Position numbers and translations under genes: made by a program. The notes below the pieces were generated by a model that worked only from the letters and a program-made list of their open reading frames with translations, made no database searches and was not told the DNA's origin. DNA of 32,000 nt, from assembly GCF_001735745.1 (NCBI RefSeq), contig NZ_CP017260.1, positions 510,001-542,000 of the forward strand, written 5' to 3'. The stretch is from Formosa sp. Hel1_33_131 (GTDB lineage: Bacteria > Bacteroidota > Bacteroidia > Flavobacteriales > Flavobacteriaceae). The stretch's first letter is position 1. Each line of letters begins with the position of its first letter. This document shows, piece by piece, positions 9,762-18,129 of the stretch.

Positions 9762-10787
9762 TTATTCTATTATTTCAGATTCTGTGTCATCCAAATAATT
9801 AGGAATTCCATTGCCATTACTATCTAGGATTGTCACACGATTGGCAGTAAAGTTATTTCGATCTGTATTGTATTTGACTGGAGAGATCAACTGATTTGAT
9901 TCCAATGTAAGCGCAGCGAGCGTTGCTTCAAGAGCACCTCTAGTAGTCTCTGTAAACGTCTCTACACGCACTTCATCCGCAGTGGATGTCCCATCACCAT
10001 CATCATCACCATCTACAAAATCAACCACTAAATCCTCATCTGTATCTTTACCAAATAAATCATAATCTGCTTCAATCACCTCCATATAGGTTGGAATGTT
10101 ATCAAAATCGTGGTCTGCAGTTTCAGATTGCAGCAATTCAAACTTAAAAACCAAATTCGAATAGGACGGAATCGTCTCTTGATAATCCGCATAATAGCCT
10201 AAACCAGAGGGTAAAAACATAACACCCATACCATAATCATCGAAAGATACCGTTCCATCTGAATTCGTAATAAATGTACCCACGTTAAACTCGGGCATCA
10301 CTCGACCCCAACCTGGGACATAACCAGCCAAGTCGACACTAACTGGTATAGATTTCGTATCAAAATTGGTGCCATCCATGAGAGATCCTGCATATTTGAT
10401 ACGTAATTTATCACAAAAATGTGGAGATTCAGCACCCCCGCCTTGGTTGATTCTTAAAATATAATATTCATATTCAACCTCTAAATAAGTGGTTGTTTTA
10501 GTCTCAACAGCTGACATTAAGAGCGTCACATCCGAAGGCAGTGTTTCACCATCCAACAACTCCGTGATTACCACATCTGCCATGCTAGGATTTGCCAAAG
10601 CACTCACCTCTGTAGAGTTGTAATAATGCGTATTAAGGAAGATCTCAAGTGCATCATTGTCTGTAACTTGCTGTTCTGTACGATCGTTTTCGGGCACAGA
10701 TACTATAGAATCCTCATCGTCAGGACTGCAAGAGATGACTGAAATAATCAGCGCACAAATGAAGAGTATGTTATATTTATATTTCAT
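9762..10787 (-). CDS. Lipoprotein with an FKBP-type peptidyl-prolyl isomerase-like domain and acidic Ca-binding-like (TSP3-type) repeats
   Basis: 341-aa. The signal peptide plus lipobox is ...LIISVISC. The central block IKYAGSLMDGTNFDT...VPGWGRVMPEF...MFLPSGLGYY follows the FKBP pattern. The C-terminal part has D-rich motifs DGDDDGDG and DSNGNGIPNYLDD. Confidence 0.55.
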   Translation of the reverse strand: MKYKYNILFICALIISVISCSPDDEDSIVSVPENDRTEQQVTDNDALEIFLNTHYYNSTEVSALANPSMADVVITELLDGETLPSDVTLLMSAVETKTTTYLEVEYEYYILRINQGGGAESPHFCDKLRIKYAGSLMDGTNFDTKSIPVSVDLAGYVPGWGRVMPEFNVGTFITNSDGTVSFDDYGMGVMFLPSGLGYYADYQETIPSYSNLVFKFELLQSETADHDFDNIPTYMEVIEADYDLFGKDTDEDLVVDFVDGDDDGDGTSTADEVRVETFTETTRGALEATLAALTLESNQLISPVKYNTDRNNFTANRVTILDSNGNGIPNYLDDTESEIIE

Positions 10788-10863
10788 AAAACTGTATTTA
10801 ATGCCGCAAGATACAATATTATAGTATTTTTGTAGGGTACATTAACGTTGTTTTAATCATTTT

Positions 10864-11244
10864 ATGAGAATAGATAAATATTTATGGTGTGTCCGTTATT
10901 TCAAAACCCGAAATATTGCCACAACAGCATGTAAAAAAGGGCATATCAGAGTAAATGATGCCATTGTAAAGCCAAGCAGAGATATCTATCCTATGGACAA
11001 AATAGTGCTGCGCTTGAATCAAGTGAACTATCAATTGACGGTTTTAGACATTCCCCCCAGTCGTGTGGGGGCTAAACTTGTGGATATCTATAGAATAGAC
11101 ACCACGCCTAAATCTGAATTTGAAGCACAAGAGTTATTAAAATATTCGAAAGATTATTACCGTCAAAAAGGCGAAGGGCGACCGACTAAAAAAGACCGTA
11201 GAGAAATTGATGGGTATTTAGAAAGTGATGATAATAAAGAATAA
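10864..11244 (+). CDS. hslR: S4-domain RNA-binding protein, Hsp15-like
   Basis: 126-aa. MRIDKYLWCVRYFKTRNIATTACKKGHIRVNDAIVKPSRD is a typical S4 (alpha-L) motif, followed by a basic C-terminal tail. Confidence 0.7.
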   Translation: MRIDKYLWCVRYFKTRNIATTACKKGHIRVNDAIVKPSRDIYPMDKIVLRLNQVNYQLTVLDIPPSRVGAKLVDIYRIDTTPKSEFEAQELLKYSKDYYRQKGEGRPTKKDRREIDGYLESDDNKE

Positions 11245-11291
11245 TACCCTAAGAATAAAAACAGTTTTTTATCTTTGAACAAACGAACACT

Positions 11292-11795
11292 ATGGATTTA
11301 ACAGAGAATTGCATTTTAAATCACGATGAAATAAATCATAAAGTAAAACGAATTGCGTATCAGATTTATGAAACGAATGTTGAAGAACAAGAAGTTATTC
11401 TTGCTGGTATCGAATCCAATGGCTATTTGTTTGCTGAGAAATTAAGAGCCGCCTTGGTTGAAATTTGTGACATCAACCCCGTTCTTTGTAAAGTAAGCAT
11501 TGACAAAAGAAATCCAACAAACCCTATTACCACTTCGCTTACAAAAGAGGCGTACACAAATAAATCATTGGTATTGGTGGATGATGTATTGAACTCTGGA
11601 ACGACTTTGATATATGGAGTGAAACATTTTTTGGATGTTCCTTTAAAACAGTTTAAAACGGCGGTTCTTGTCAATCGAAACCATAAGAAATACCCGGTCA
11701 AAGCAGATTTTAAAGGCATCTCTTTGTCAACCTCTATCCATGAGCATATTTCTGTGATCTTTACAGGAAAAAAAACGAAAGTGATTTTAGAGTAA
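11292..11795 (+). CDS. Phosphoribosyltransferase-family protein (PyrR/purine PRTase-like)
   Basis: 167-aa with the PRPP-binding loop LVLVDDVLNSGTTL. Confidence 0.7.
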   Translation: MDLTENCILNHDEINHKVKRIAYQIYETNVEEQEVILAGIESNGYLFAEKLRAALVEICDINPVLCKVSIDKRNPTNPITTSLTKEAYTNKSLVLVDDVLNSGTTLIYGVKHFLDVPLKQFKTAVLVNRNHKKYPVKADFKGISLSTSIHEHISVIFTGKKTKVILE

Positions 11796-12305
11796 TTTGG
11801 ACTGAATGGTCCCTACAATTTCGGCGACACTTAGGGTATCGGTTTGGATTCCTATTTCGGCCTGGTTGTAATAAAAAGACCGTTCAAATAAATGTTTGGC
11901 TATAAATTCTGGAATGTCTTCATTTTTTAAATTGGCAATCAACGGACGTTTTGCTTTTTCATGAATCAAGCGTTCTGATACATTTTTAATCGAAATATTT
12001 AAAACAACCGTCACCACATTGGGGTGGTTTACCAAAAATTGCATGGTGTCGGAATAGCAAGGCGTCCCACCTCCCAATGCTAAAACTAAGGAATCGGAAT
12101 CATTACACAGCTGTTTGACCGCTTCTGCTTCCACTTTTCTAAAAAATATTTCGCCTTTAGAATTAAAAATTTCAGAAATGGTTGCTTTCTGTTTTTGTTC
12201 AATGTAATCGTCTAAATCTAAAAAATTAGTACCTAGCTTTACTGCAAGTATCTGTCCAACAGTGGACTTACCAGACCCCATATATCCTAACAAAACAACG
12301 ATCAT
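11787..12305 (-). CDS. aroK: Shikimate kinase
   Basis: 172-aa with Walker A GYMGSGKST, then FLDLDDYIE and ALGGG motifs typical of AroK. Confidence 0.88.
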   Translation of the reverse strand: MIVVLLGYMGSGKSTVGQILAVKLGTNFLDLDDYIEQKQKATISEIFNSKGEIFFRKVEAEAVKQLCNDSDSLVLALGGGTPCYSDTMQFLVNHPNVVTVVLNISIKNVSERLIHEKAKRPLIANLKNEDIPEFIAKHLFERSFYYNQAEIGIQTDTLSVAEIVGTIQSKLL

Positions 12306-12380
12306 ACTTTTATAATAATTTGATTATACCCTCTCTTAAATTAACTGCAACAAAAAAACGAAAAATAATCTGAAAAAGCA

Positions 12381-12410
12381 TTGTATAATTAATTAATCCC
12401 TTTATATTTG
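12381..12410 (+). promoter_or_regulatory. Putative Bacteroidota-type promoter for tRNA-Lys
   Basis: TTG at 12381-12383 and TATATTTG at 12403-12410 match the Bacteroidota sigma-A -33 TTTG / -7 TAnnTTTG consensus, with a 19-nt spacer. The site is about 24 nt upstream of the tRNA 5' end. Confidence 0.5.
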
Positions 12411-12433
12411 CAGCCGCATTGAGGGAAATAAAT

Positions 12434-12506
12434 GACCTGGTAGCTCAGTTGGTAGAGCATCTCCCTTTTAAGGAGAGGGTCCTGGGTTCGAGCCCCAGCC
12501 AGGTCA
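12434..12506 (+). tRNA. tRNA-Lys (anticodon UUU)
   Basis: Hand-folded 73-nt cloverleaf. Acceptor stem GACCTGG/CCAGGTC, D arm GCTC-AGTTGGTA-GAGC, anticodon arm TCTCC-CTTTTAA-GGAGA, T arm CTGGG-TTCGAGC-CCCAG, discriminator A. Confidence 0.92.
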
Positions 12507-12510
12507 CTAA

Positions 12511-12541
12511 AAAAAGTTAAGTTTATTCTTAACTTTTTTTA
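12511..12541 (+). terminator. Rho-independent terminator after tRNA-Lys
   Basis: Stem AAGTTAAG (12514-12521) / CTTAACTT (12528-12535) with a 6-nt loop, followed by a T-run. Confidence 0.6.
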
Positions 12542-12560
12542 TACCTTTAACATTCATAAT

Positions 12561-12645
12561 GCGCACGTGGCGGAATTGGTAGACGCGCTAGCTTGAGGGG
12601 CTAGTGGGAATTATTCCCGTGGAAGTTCGAGTCTTCTCGTGCGCA
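12561..12645 (+). tRNA. tRNA-Leu (anticodon GAG), class II with long variable arm
   Basis: Hand-folded 85-nt cloverleaf. Acceptor stem GCGCACG/CGTGCGC, anticodon arm CTAGC-TTGAGGG-GCTAG, long variable arm TGGGAATTATTCCCGTG, T loop TTCGAGT. Confidence 0.9.
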
Positions 12646-12701
12646 CTATTATAGTTTCATATAATCGCATTTAAATTTCTTGATTTAAACACTCCACAGT
12701 T

Positions 12702-13835
12702 TTACCCCAATACATTACTCAACTTGAACATTGGCAAGTACATGGCTATTAAAATAACGCCTACCATCACCCCTACAAACATGATGATTACAGGTTCCAT
12801 GATGGTTGACAATAGCTTTGATTTTTGCTGTACTTGAGAATTATATTGAGTGTTTAAGCGTTCAAAAATAAATTCATTTTGATTGGTTTCTTCGGCGACT
12901 TTCACCATGGCAACCATTTTATCATCAAACAATGCATGTGGCTTTAAACTCTCACTTAGCGATTTTCCTTTTAAAAGGTCTTGTTCAACGGCTTCTAAGG
13001 CTTTTTGTAAGGGATAAAAATTAATCATTTGTTTAACCAATTGAATGCTATTGACCACAGGAACTTTAGAAGCTGTCAACAGAGTCACTGCTTGCGTAAA
13101 CTGAGACAAATACACCTTTTTTACAAATTCCCCTAGAAAAGGCAGCTTGGAAACGAAGGTGTCTTTCGCTTTAATAAACCAGATTTTTTTATTGAAAAAT
13201 GCTCTAGAAATAAAGATGCCGAAGATGAGTAAAAAAAATAACCAGCCATAGCTTTTCATGAATTCAGATGCGTTGATTATAAATTTTGTAATGGCGGGTA
13301 ATTCCACGTTTTGCTGTTCGAATATATCTTGAAACATCGGTACTATAAAGTGCAGCATAAACCCTACAACCATTACAGCGGTTGATAAAATTATTGATGG
13401 ATAAGTCATTGCGCTAATCACTTGTCTGCGTTGCTCATTTTTTCTGATGAAAAAAGCACCTAACTGTTCTGAAACCTGCACTAATGTCCCCGTTTCTTCA
13501 CCAATTTTCAGTGAAAAATATTCATAGTCTGAGAATTCTTTATGAGTTTTTATAGCCGCTGACAAACTAGATCCAGCAACAATAGCTTCCGAGAGTTCTT
13601 GAAGTATTTTCTTTGGTCTTTTTTTCTTTAGGGTATTTTCGATAAGCTCTAAACCATCTTTAAGCGTAATTCCCGCTTTTAACAAGACACTCAATTCGGT
13701 GTAAAAATCTTCTTTGATTTTATTGGAAAATGACTGTCCAAAAAGGGTGATTTCTTTTTGTAAAAAGGAAGGTTGTTCAGCTTCCATTTCTGACAGTGGT
13801 GTTGCTGTTTTTATTTGTTTTAATTGAAAGCCCAT
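12702..13835 (-). CDS. gspF: Type II secretion / type IV pilus platform protein (GspF/PilC family)
   Basis: 377-aa with two repeated T2SS-F-type domains (LSVLLKAGITL..GLE and LLTASKVPVVNSIQL). There are three TM segments and a C-terminal ...AMYLPMFKL motif typical of GspF/PilC. Confidence 0.8.
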   Translation of the reverse strand: MGFQLKQIKTATPLSEMEAEQPSFLQKEITLFGQSFSNKIKEDFYTELSVLLKAGITLKDGLELIENTLKKKRPKKILQELSEAIVAGSSLSAAIKTHKEFSDYEYFSLKIGEETGTLVQVSEQLGAFFIRKNEQRRQVISAMTYPSIILSTAVMVVGFMLHFIVPMFQDIFEQQNVELPAITKFIINASEFMKSYGWLFFLLIFGIFISRAFFNKKIWFIKAKDTFVSKLPFLGEFVKKVYLSQFTQAVTLLTASKVPVVNSIQLVKQMINFYPLQKALEAVEQDLLKGKSLSESLKPHALFDDKMVAMVKVAEETNQNEFIFERLNTQYNSQVQQKSKLLSTIMEPVIIMFVGVMVGVILIAMYLPMFKLSNVLG

Positions 13836-13845
13836 TGCTGCATTT

Positions 13846-14331
13846 TTATGGATTAAGAAGTTCCTTAGTATTCATATATGATGTCGCATCGTTATTTACA
13901 TAAATAAACAACGCACGGTTTTGAAATGCTTTAGTGGTGGTTAACTTTATAGCGTCTATTGAATTTGCTGTGACTTGTTCGCCATCAAAATAAAAATTCT
14001 TGCTTTCTAATTGAACTGGAAATGTATCTTTTTCTTTAATAATATAAGATTCGGACAAGGTATAGGATATCGAATCCAATTCGTTCCTCAATAGCAATCT
14101 ATCCTCGGAAGCATTAAAATGAATGGAAGGATACCGATTAAAATCTAACCACAACTCCGTTTCTAATTTATTTATTTCTAATGTAATATTGAAATTTTCT
14201 TGCATTACTCCCATCTGTTTTCGCACCAATCCAAGTACTGTAAACGCCAGCCCTACGACAATACTCGTCAAGAGCAGGACAATACTCAATTCACTGATTG
14301 TAAAGGCTTTTATTTTTTTAAGGGGTTGCAT
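13846..14331 (-). CDS. Pseudopilin / prepilin-type N-terminal domain protein
   Basis: 161-aa. The leader MQPLKKIKA is followed by FTISELSIVLLLTSIVVGLAF, with Glu at +5 and a hydrophobic helix as in type IV prepilins. The ORF overlaps the upstream gene by 14 nt. Confidence 0.7.
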   Translation of the reverse strand: MQPLKKIKAFTISELSIVLLLTSIVVGLAFTVLGLVRKQMGVMQENFNITLEINKLETELWLDFNRYPSIHFNASEDRLLLRNELDSISYTLSESYIIKEKDTFPVQLESKNFYFDGEQVTANSIDAIKLTTTKAFQNRALFIYVNNDATSYMNTKELLNP

Positions 14332-14653
14332 TGTACGTTTTTCTTATGGTTTTATGACGGTCTAAGTCTGTAGCTTCAAACACAATTAAGGGTTCATTGT
14401 ATTCCACTAAACGCTCTACGGATATGCTCCAATTCTGAAAGCGTTCGCTGTAAGGCATTTCCAATTGTTGATGTTGCTGTAAATACTGTAATTCAATCAA
14501 ATGGGTGTCAATGGCCATCGTATTGGAGGTGACCGCATTGGACACTAGGTTATTTAAAATCATACTCGCCAACAGAAAAGTGATCACTACAAGAACCGTT
14601 GCGATCAGAGTTTCCATGAGTGTGGAGGCCTTTATTTTTTTTAGTACAGCCAT
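14318..14653 (-). CDS. Minor pseudopilin / prepilin-type N-terminal domain protein
   Basis: 111-aa. The leader MAVLKKIKA is followed by STLMETLIATVLVVITFLLA (Glu at +5). It uses the same LKKIKA leader as the neighbouring pseudopilin. Confidence 0.65.
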   Translation of the reverse strand: MAVLKKIKASTLMETLIATVLVVITFLLASMILNNLVSNAVTSNTMAIDTHLIELQYLQQHQQLEMPYSERFQNWSISVERLVEYNEPLIVFEATDLDRHKTIRKTYNATP

Positions 14654-15918
14654 TTTAGCACCTCCTTTTTTGAGTTCTTAAACAAGAGTCCTACATATTC
14701 TTTAGGCAATGGATGCACATTGATTTTTCCGTTATAGATATGATTTTGATAAATGGACCCAAATTGATTGGCTATAAAATTTTTGGCAAATACGGTTCCG
14801 TACACAGTTCCTTTGAGTTCTGTATTTTGATTGCAATACAACTCCCCTATCAAAATAGCCGTTTCTTGAAGTTCAATTTGAGTTTTATAATTATTAGGAG
14901 GATCGTTTCCTTGATAAACAACCACCCCTTTCACTACCGAAGACTTCCCTATTTCTATGGAAGGTTTTTCTTTTGTACCAGTGGTGTTTGGTAGGTTTTC
15001 CACTTGATTTTTATTTAAAATTAATGCCGATGGGTAATTTAATTGAACAGAATTACCAACGCTCATTCTCTTTGATGCGAAGGCTTGAAAATTTGAAATG
15101 ACATTATTTCCAATTTCAATCTCGGGGGCAATGAGCACAATATCCTTTAATACGGCCGATGCCAGAACTGTGATTTTGGTTTTGGACTGCACGACAATAT
15201 GCCCTGTCAATTGAACTTCATTAAGAATAACATTAGTCGTTGAGAAATGAATTTGAAGAGGATCAAAAAATGAATTGTTATATGCTTTTCCGGATTCAAT
15301 TGTAATGAATTGAGTATTTGAAATTTCTGAAACGTGAGATTCAATAGATTCTATTTGATCAACAATATCCGTTGCTAAAGGTGGTAATGTAGAAGACTGC
15401 TGGGTGGAACCATAAAGAAGTTGAGAACCCGTATAGGAGTGCCCAGAAATAGTCCCTGCCTTTACGCCTTGTTTGGGTAAAAAAACGACGCCCTCAATTT
15501 TGGTTCTCCCCACCACTACCAACGGCTTGCGTGTATCTTGAAGGTATAAGGCGGTTCGGTTTTGATCCTTGGACTTTGCTCCTATTAAAGCGACTTTTCG
15601 AAACTGATTGGTTTTGATTTTAGAGACTGAAGTGACTCTTTCAAAAATACCCCAAAAATCACGGTGGATTTCTAAGGTCTTAAAGCTTGGTTCTTCAAGT
15701 GGGATTGCCACGGTGTCCTTCAAACGAATGGAATGGAGCAGAGCGTGCTCAATTCCTTTCTGAGCGTTCTGTGTGGTTTCAAGTATGAAGTCTGTTTGGA
15801 CTTGAAATCGTTTATGACTATGAACCAATAAAACAAACCCCATCAATAACACTGCAATAATAATCGAAATAAACAGCGTCAATTGCAAAGCTCCTGATTT
15901 AAGTTTTAAGAGAATCAT
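14641..15918 (-). CDS. Membrane-anchored GspK-like minor pseudopilin candidate with a beta-helix-like C-terminal half
   Basis: 425-aa. The N-terminus MILLKLKSGALQLTLFISIIIAVLLMGF resembles GspK-type leaders (no Glu+5). The C-terminal half has repetitive short-strand segments (VQLTGHIVVQSKTKITVLASAVLKDIVLIAPEIEIGNNV...GTVYGTVFAKNF). The functional call rests on context only. Confidence 0.4.
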   Translation of the reverse strand: MILLKLKSGALQLTLFISIIIAVLLMGFVLLVHSHKRFQVQTDFILETTQNAQKGIEHALLHSIRLKDTVAIPLEEPSFKTLEIHRDFWGIFERVTSVSKIKTNQFRKVALIGAKSKDQNRTALYLQDTRKPLVVVGRTKIEGVVFLPKQGVKAGTISGHSYTGSQLLYGSTQQSSTLPPLATDIVDQIESIESHVSEISNTQFITIESGKAYNNSFFDPLQIHFSTTNVILNEVQLTGHIVVQSKTKITVLASAVLKDIVLIAPEIEIGNNVISNFQAFASKRMSVGNSVQLNYPSALILNKNQVENLPNTTGTKEKPSIEIGKSSVVKGVVVYQGNDPPNNYKTQIELQETAILIGELYCNQNTELKGTVYGTVFAKNFIANQFGSIYQNHIYNGKINVHPLPKEYVGLLFKNSKKEVLKWLY

Positions 15919-16379
15919 TAAGGGCGTTTTATGGTTTGAAGTTGGCGGTTGTAGCGCACTACAATTTCGCTAGAATTACCACGTACAAGCGTCACACTAT
16001 CGACGGTTTGCCCTTTTTTTATTATATACTGTCGGTTGTTTATATTCAACACAAAAACAGGGGTCTTGCTATGTGTTTTTTGTACGATTCCTGCATAGGT
16101 GATTTGTTTGAGGGACATTGGTTTTGGAGGGGGGCGCAAGGGTCTCTTGATTTTTTTAGGAGGTTTTGAAAACGTTCCTAAAAAGGGATCCCGATCTATC
16201 TTTTGGATGGAAAAAGAATCCATTTCGATAGGAGTAATTGGCACAAAGGTTTGGTTTTGGACGGTCTCAACTTCAAGAAGTTCTTTAGACTGTAGTGCAC
16301 TGTTTATTTTAACAGCAATGAGTCCCCAAACAATAAGGACCGCGGTGATTAGGAGGTATGTTTTTTTCTTCTTATTCAA
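15918..16379 (-). CDS. Bitopic membrane protein, PilP/GspC-like
   Basis: 153-aa with an N-terminal TM segment (TYLLITAVLIVWGLIAV) and a Pro/Lys-rich linker (KPPKKIKRPLRPPPKP). The C-terminal small beta domain ITYAGIVQ...VFVLNINNRQYIIKKGQTV..VTLVR resembles PilP/GspC HR domains. Confidence 0.45.
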   Translation of the reverse strand: MNKKKKTYLLITAVLIVWGLIAVKINSALQSKELLEVETVQNQTFVPITPIEMDSFSIQKIDRDPFLGTFSKPPKKIKRPLRPPPKPMSLKQITYAGIVQKTHSKTPVFVLNINNRQYIIKKGQTVDSVTLVRGNSSEIVVRYNRQLQTIKRP

Positions 16380-17028
16380 CAGTGAATTTTTGTGTGGTAT
16401 AGCTGGTTTGAAACGTTGGGTTTAGAGCGCGGACACGCCATTCATAGCTGTTGACGGCTAAGTTTGAAACGCTAAAAGTTGTGGCGACAGTGGTTTCGTT
16501 TTTTATAATTTCAGTGGCATTTTCAAAACTAGGAATAGCGATTTGAAAGGAATAGGTTTCTGCATTTAAAACGGGATCCCATGAAAAATTGATGGTATCT
16601 GTAGCACCAAAACTAACGGCATCCGCAGGCGCTAGCAACACGACGGTTGCTTCAGAAATATCGACATCATCCGTGGATTCCACCAAAAAACTTTGGGTTG
16701 AAAAAGCGGTGGTATATCCCGAATTTTCTGCGCGGATACGCCATTGGTAATCATTTGGCGTTAATTCCTTTGAGAAACTCGAGGTGGTGACCAAAGAATC
16801 CAACACAATTTGTGTGGCTTCGCCAAAAGTTGGTGTTGAAATTTGGAGACGGTACTGGACAGAATCTCTAAGAGATTCCCAAGAAAACGTGACATTCGCA
16901 CTGCTTAAAACACTGTTGTTTGTGGGGGCTAAAGCCGTCACTGTTTTTTGTGAAATATCTTCGACTTGTAGGATGTCTCCACAACTGATTGCTAGTGCTA
17001 AAAGGGTTATTAATTTTAAATTTCTCAT
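16372..17028 (-). CDS. Lipoprotein with two tandem Ig/Fn3-like repeats
   Basis: 218-aa with the lipobox LALAISC. Two ~95-aa repeats share the pattern LAP..a.V.s....FSW.......Y..QI..P.F..AT.I.......t.F.....L..N.Y.WR.RA.N....T....Q.F.VE. Confidence 0.55.
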   Translation of the reverse strand: MRNLKLITLLALAISCGDILQVEDISQKTVTALAPTNNSVLSSANVTFSWESLRDSVQYRLQISTPTFGEATQIVLDSLVTTSSFSKELTPNDYQWRIRAENSGYTTAFSTQSFLVESTDDVDISEATVVLLAPADAVSFGATDTINFSWDPVLNAETYSFQIAIPSFENATEIIKNETTVATTFSVSNLAVNSYEWRVRALNPTFQTSYTTQKFTVE

Positions 17029-17030
17029 CG

Positions 17031-17810
17031 CTAAAAATTTTTGTAGTTAATTTTCTTTTTGGCTTTTTTCGCAACTCGGTGGGTATTGATTGGACAGCGA
17101 TCGTCACTTTCTACGAAATCCACAATTTCAAGTTGACGTTTTCTATTTTCCTTCCAACAGGCCTTTGAGGTTTGATACCCAAACACCACCCCTTCACTGA
17201 GGTGTATTGAATGTTGTTCTTTATTTTGATTATAGGTTTTTAAGACATAATTATTGATTCCTGTATGTTCCAAAAACACTTGCTGCGCAGTGCTTAATTT
17301 AGCAGCGATTTCGGCATCGAAAACCACTGAAATTGTGGATACTAGATGTGCGTTGGTTTTGTTCTGTAAAAACTGAAAAACATCTTTATTTGCCTCACTG
17401 TTTAAGCTCTTCAAAACAGCGATACGGTCAGCAATTTCTAGTTTTAAAAAGCGAGGTTTTGGTTTCACAGAATCCACATACTTTACAACGATGGCCTTGT
17501 TTTGAGCAGATTTGGCGTTTTCAAAGGCCTTTAACTTGGATTTATTAAACGGTACTCCATTTACATGCACTTTAATCGGATGCTGGAATTGTGGGAAGGC
17601 GGTGAAATTATAGTCTTGTTCTAACAAAAAATTCTTATGGACTCCTATGGTACCAAGTTGTAAGTTTTGAGTGGTTATGTTTTGACGCTCTTGCTGAACG
17701 GACAGGGTTCTACAAGCTGTAAAACTTACTATCATTAGTGCGATGCAACTGTATTTGATCATAAGACAGGGGTGTTTGTATTTGAAAAAACGGCGTTTTT
17801 TAAACTCCAT
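17031..17810 (-). CDS. Hypothetical lipoprotein, first gene of the T2SS/T4P-like operon
   Basis: 259-aa ORF. A lipoprotein signal MIKYSCIALMIVSFTAC begins at an internal Met (nt 17762), which may be the true start. I recognise no family. Confidence 0.45.
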   Translation of the reverse strand: MEFKKRRFFKYKHPCLMIKYSCIALMIVSFTACRTLSVQQERQNITTQNLQLGTIGVHKNFLLEQDYNFTAFPQFQHPIKVHVNGVPFNKSKLKAFENAKSAQNKAIVVKYVDSVKPKPRFLKLEIADRIAVLKSLNSEANKDVFQFLQNKTNAHLVSTISVVFDAEIAAKLSTAQQVFLEHTGINNYVLKTYNQNKEQHSIHLSEGVVFGYQTSKACWKENRKRQLEIVDFVESDDRCPINTHRVAKKAKKKINYKNF

Positions 17811-18010
17811 TCAAAATGAATTTTGTCTGTGGAGCTACTTTGAATTTTAGAGGGATGCCACAAGTCTTGGCAACAACATTTAGAGGCTGTTGTTAGAAAG
17901 TTTTTAGAATGGACTGCAATGGGGGTATTGAGGTGCATTTTAGGTTAAGTTTACATTGGGATAACTAATATATGAAAAAAATGGACATCCGTGGCAAAAA
18001 GCTGAAAAAA

Positions 18011-18046
18011 GGGGCGTTTTAGCGTAAAAAAGACGTGGAGGTTGCC
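18011..18046 (-). repeat. Degenerate third copy (C) of the module-boundary repeat
   Basis: The minus strand reads GGCAACCTCCACGTCTTTTTTACGCTAAAACGCCCC. It aligns with the GCAACCTCTACG..CTTTTACGCTAA core of copies A and B. Confidence 0.55.
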
Positions 18047-18129
18047 GTGCTTACAGCTTGTGAGATATTGCCTTTTTTGGCTGCGAAAGTTATAGACTTC
18101 GTTAGCTAAGATCTTATTCTCTATCCTTT

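Noticed and set aside
10825-10832. TATTTTTG box upstream of the S4-domain gene, and TATATTTG at 7704-7711 upstream of transketolase, as promoters
   Set aside because: Both match TAnnTTTG, but I could not find a convincing -33 TTTG/TTG element at the expected spacing. They are too weak to list as features.
16868-17107. 79-aa minus-strand ORF bridging the two lipoprotein genes
   Set aside because: It is out of frame with, and fully overlapped by, two better-supported ORFs whose boundaries fit a tightly coupled operon.
17972-18022. 16-aa mini-ORF MKKMDIRGKKLKKGAF ending in boundary repeat C
   Set aside because: It is too short and low-complexity to support as a gene. Its stop codon falling within the repeat is probably a coincidence.
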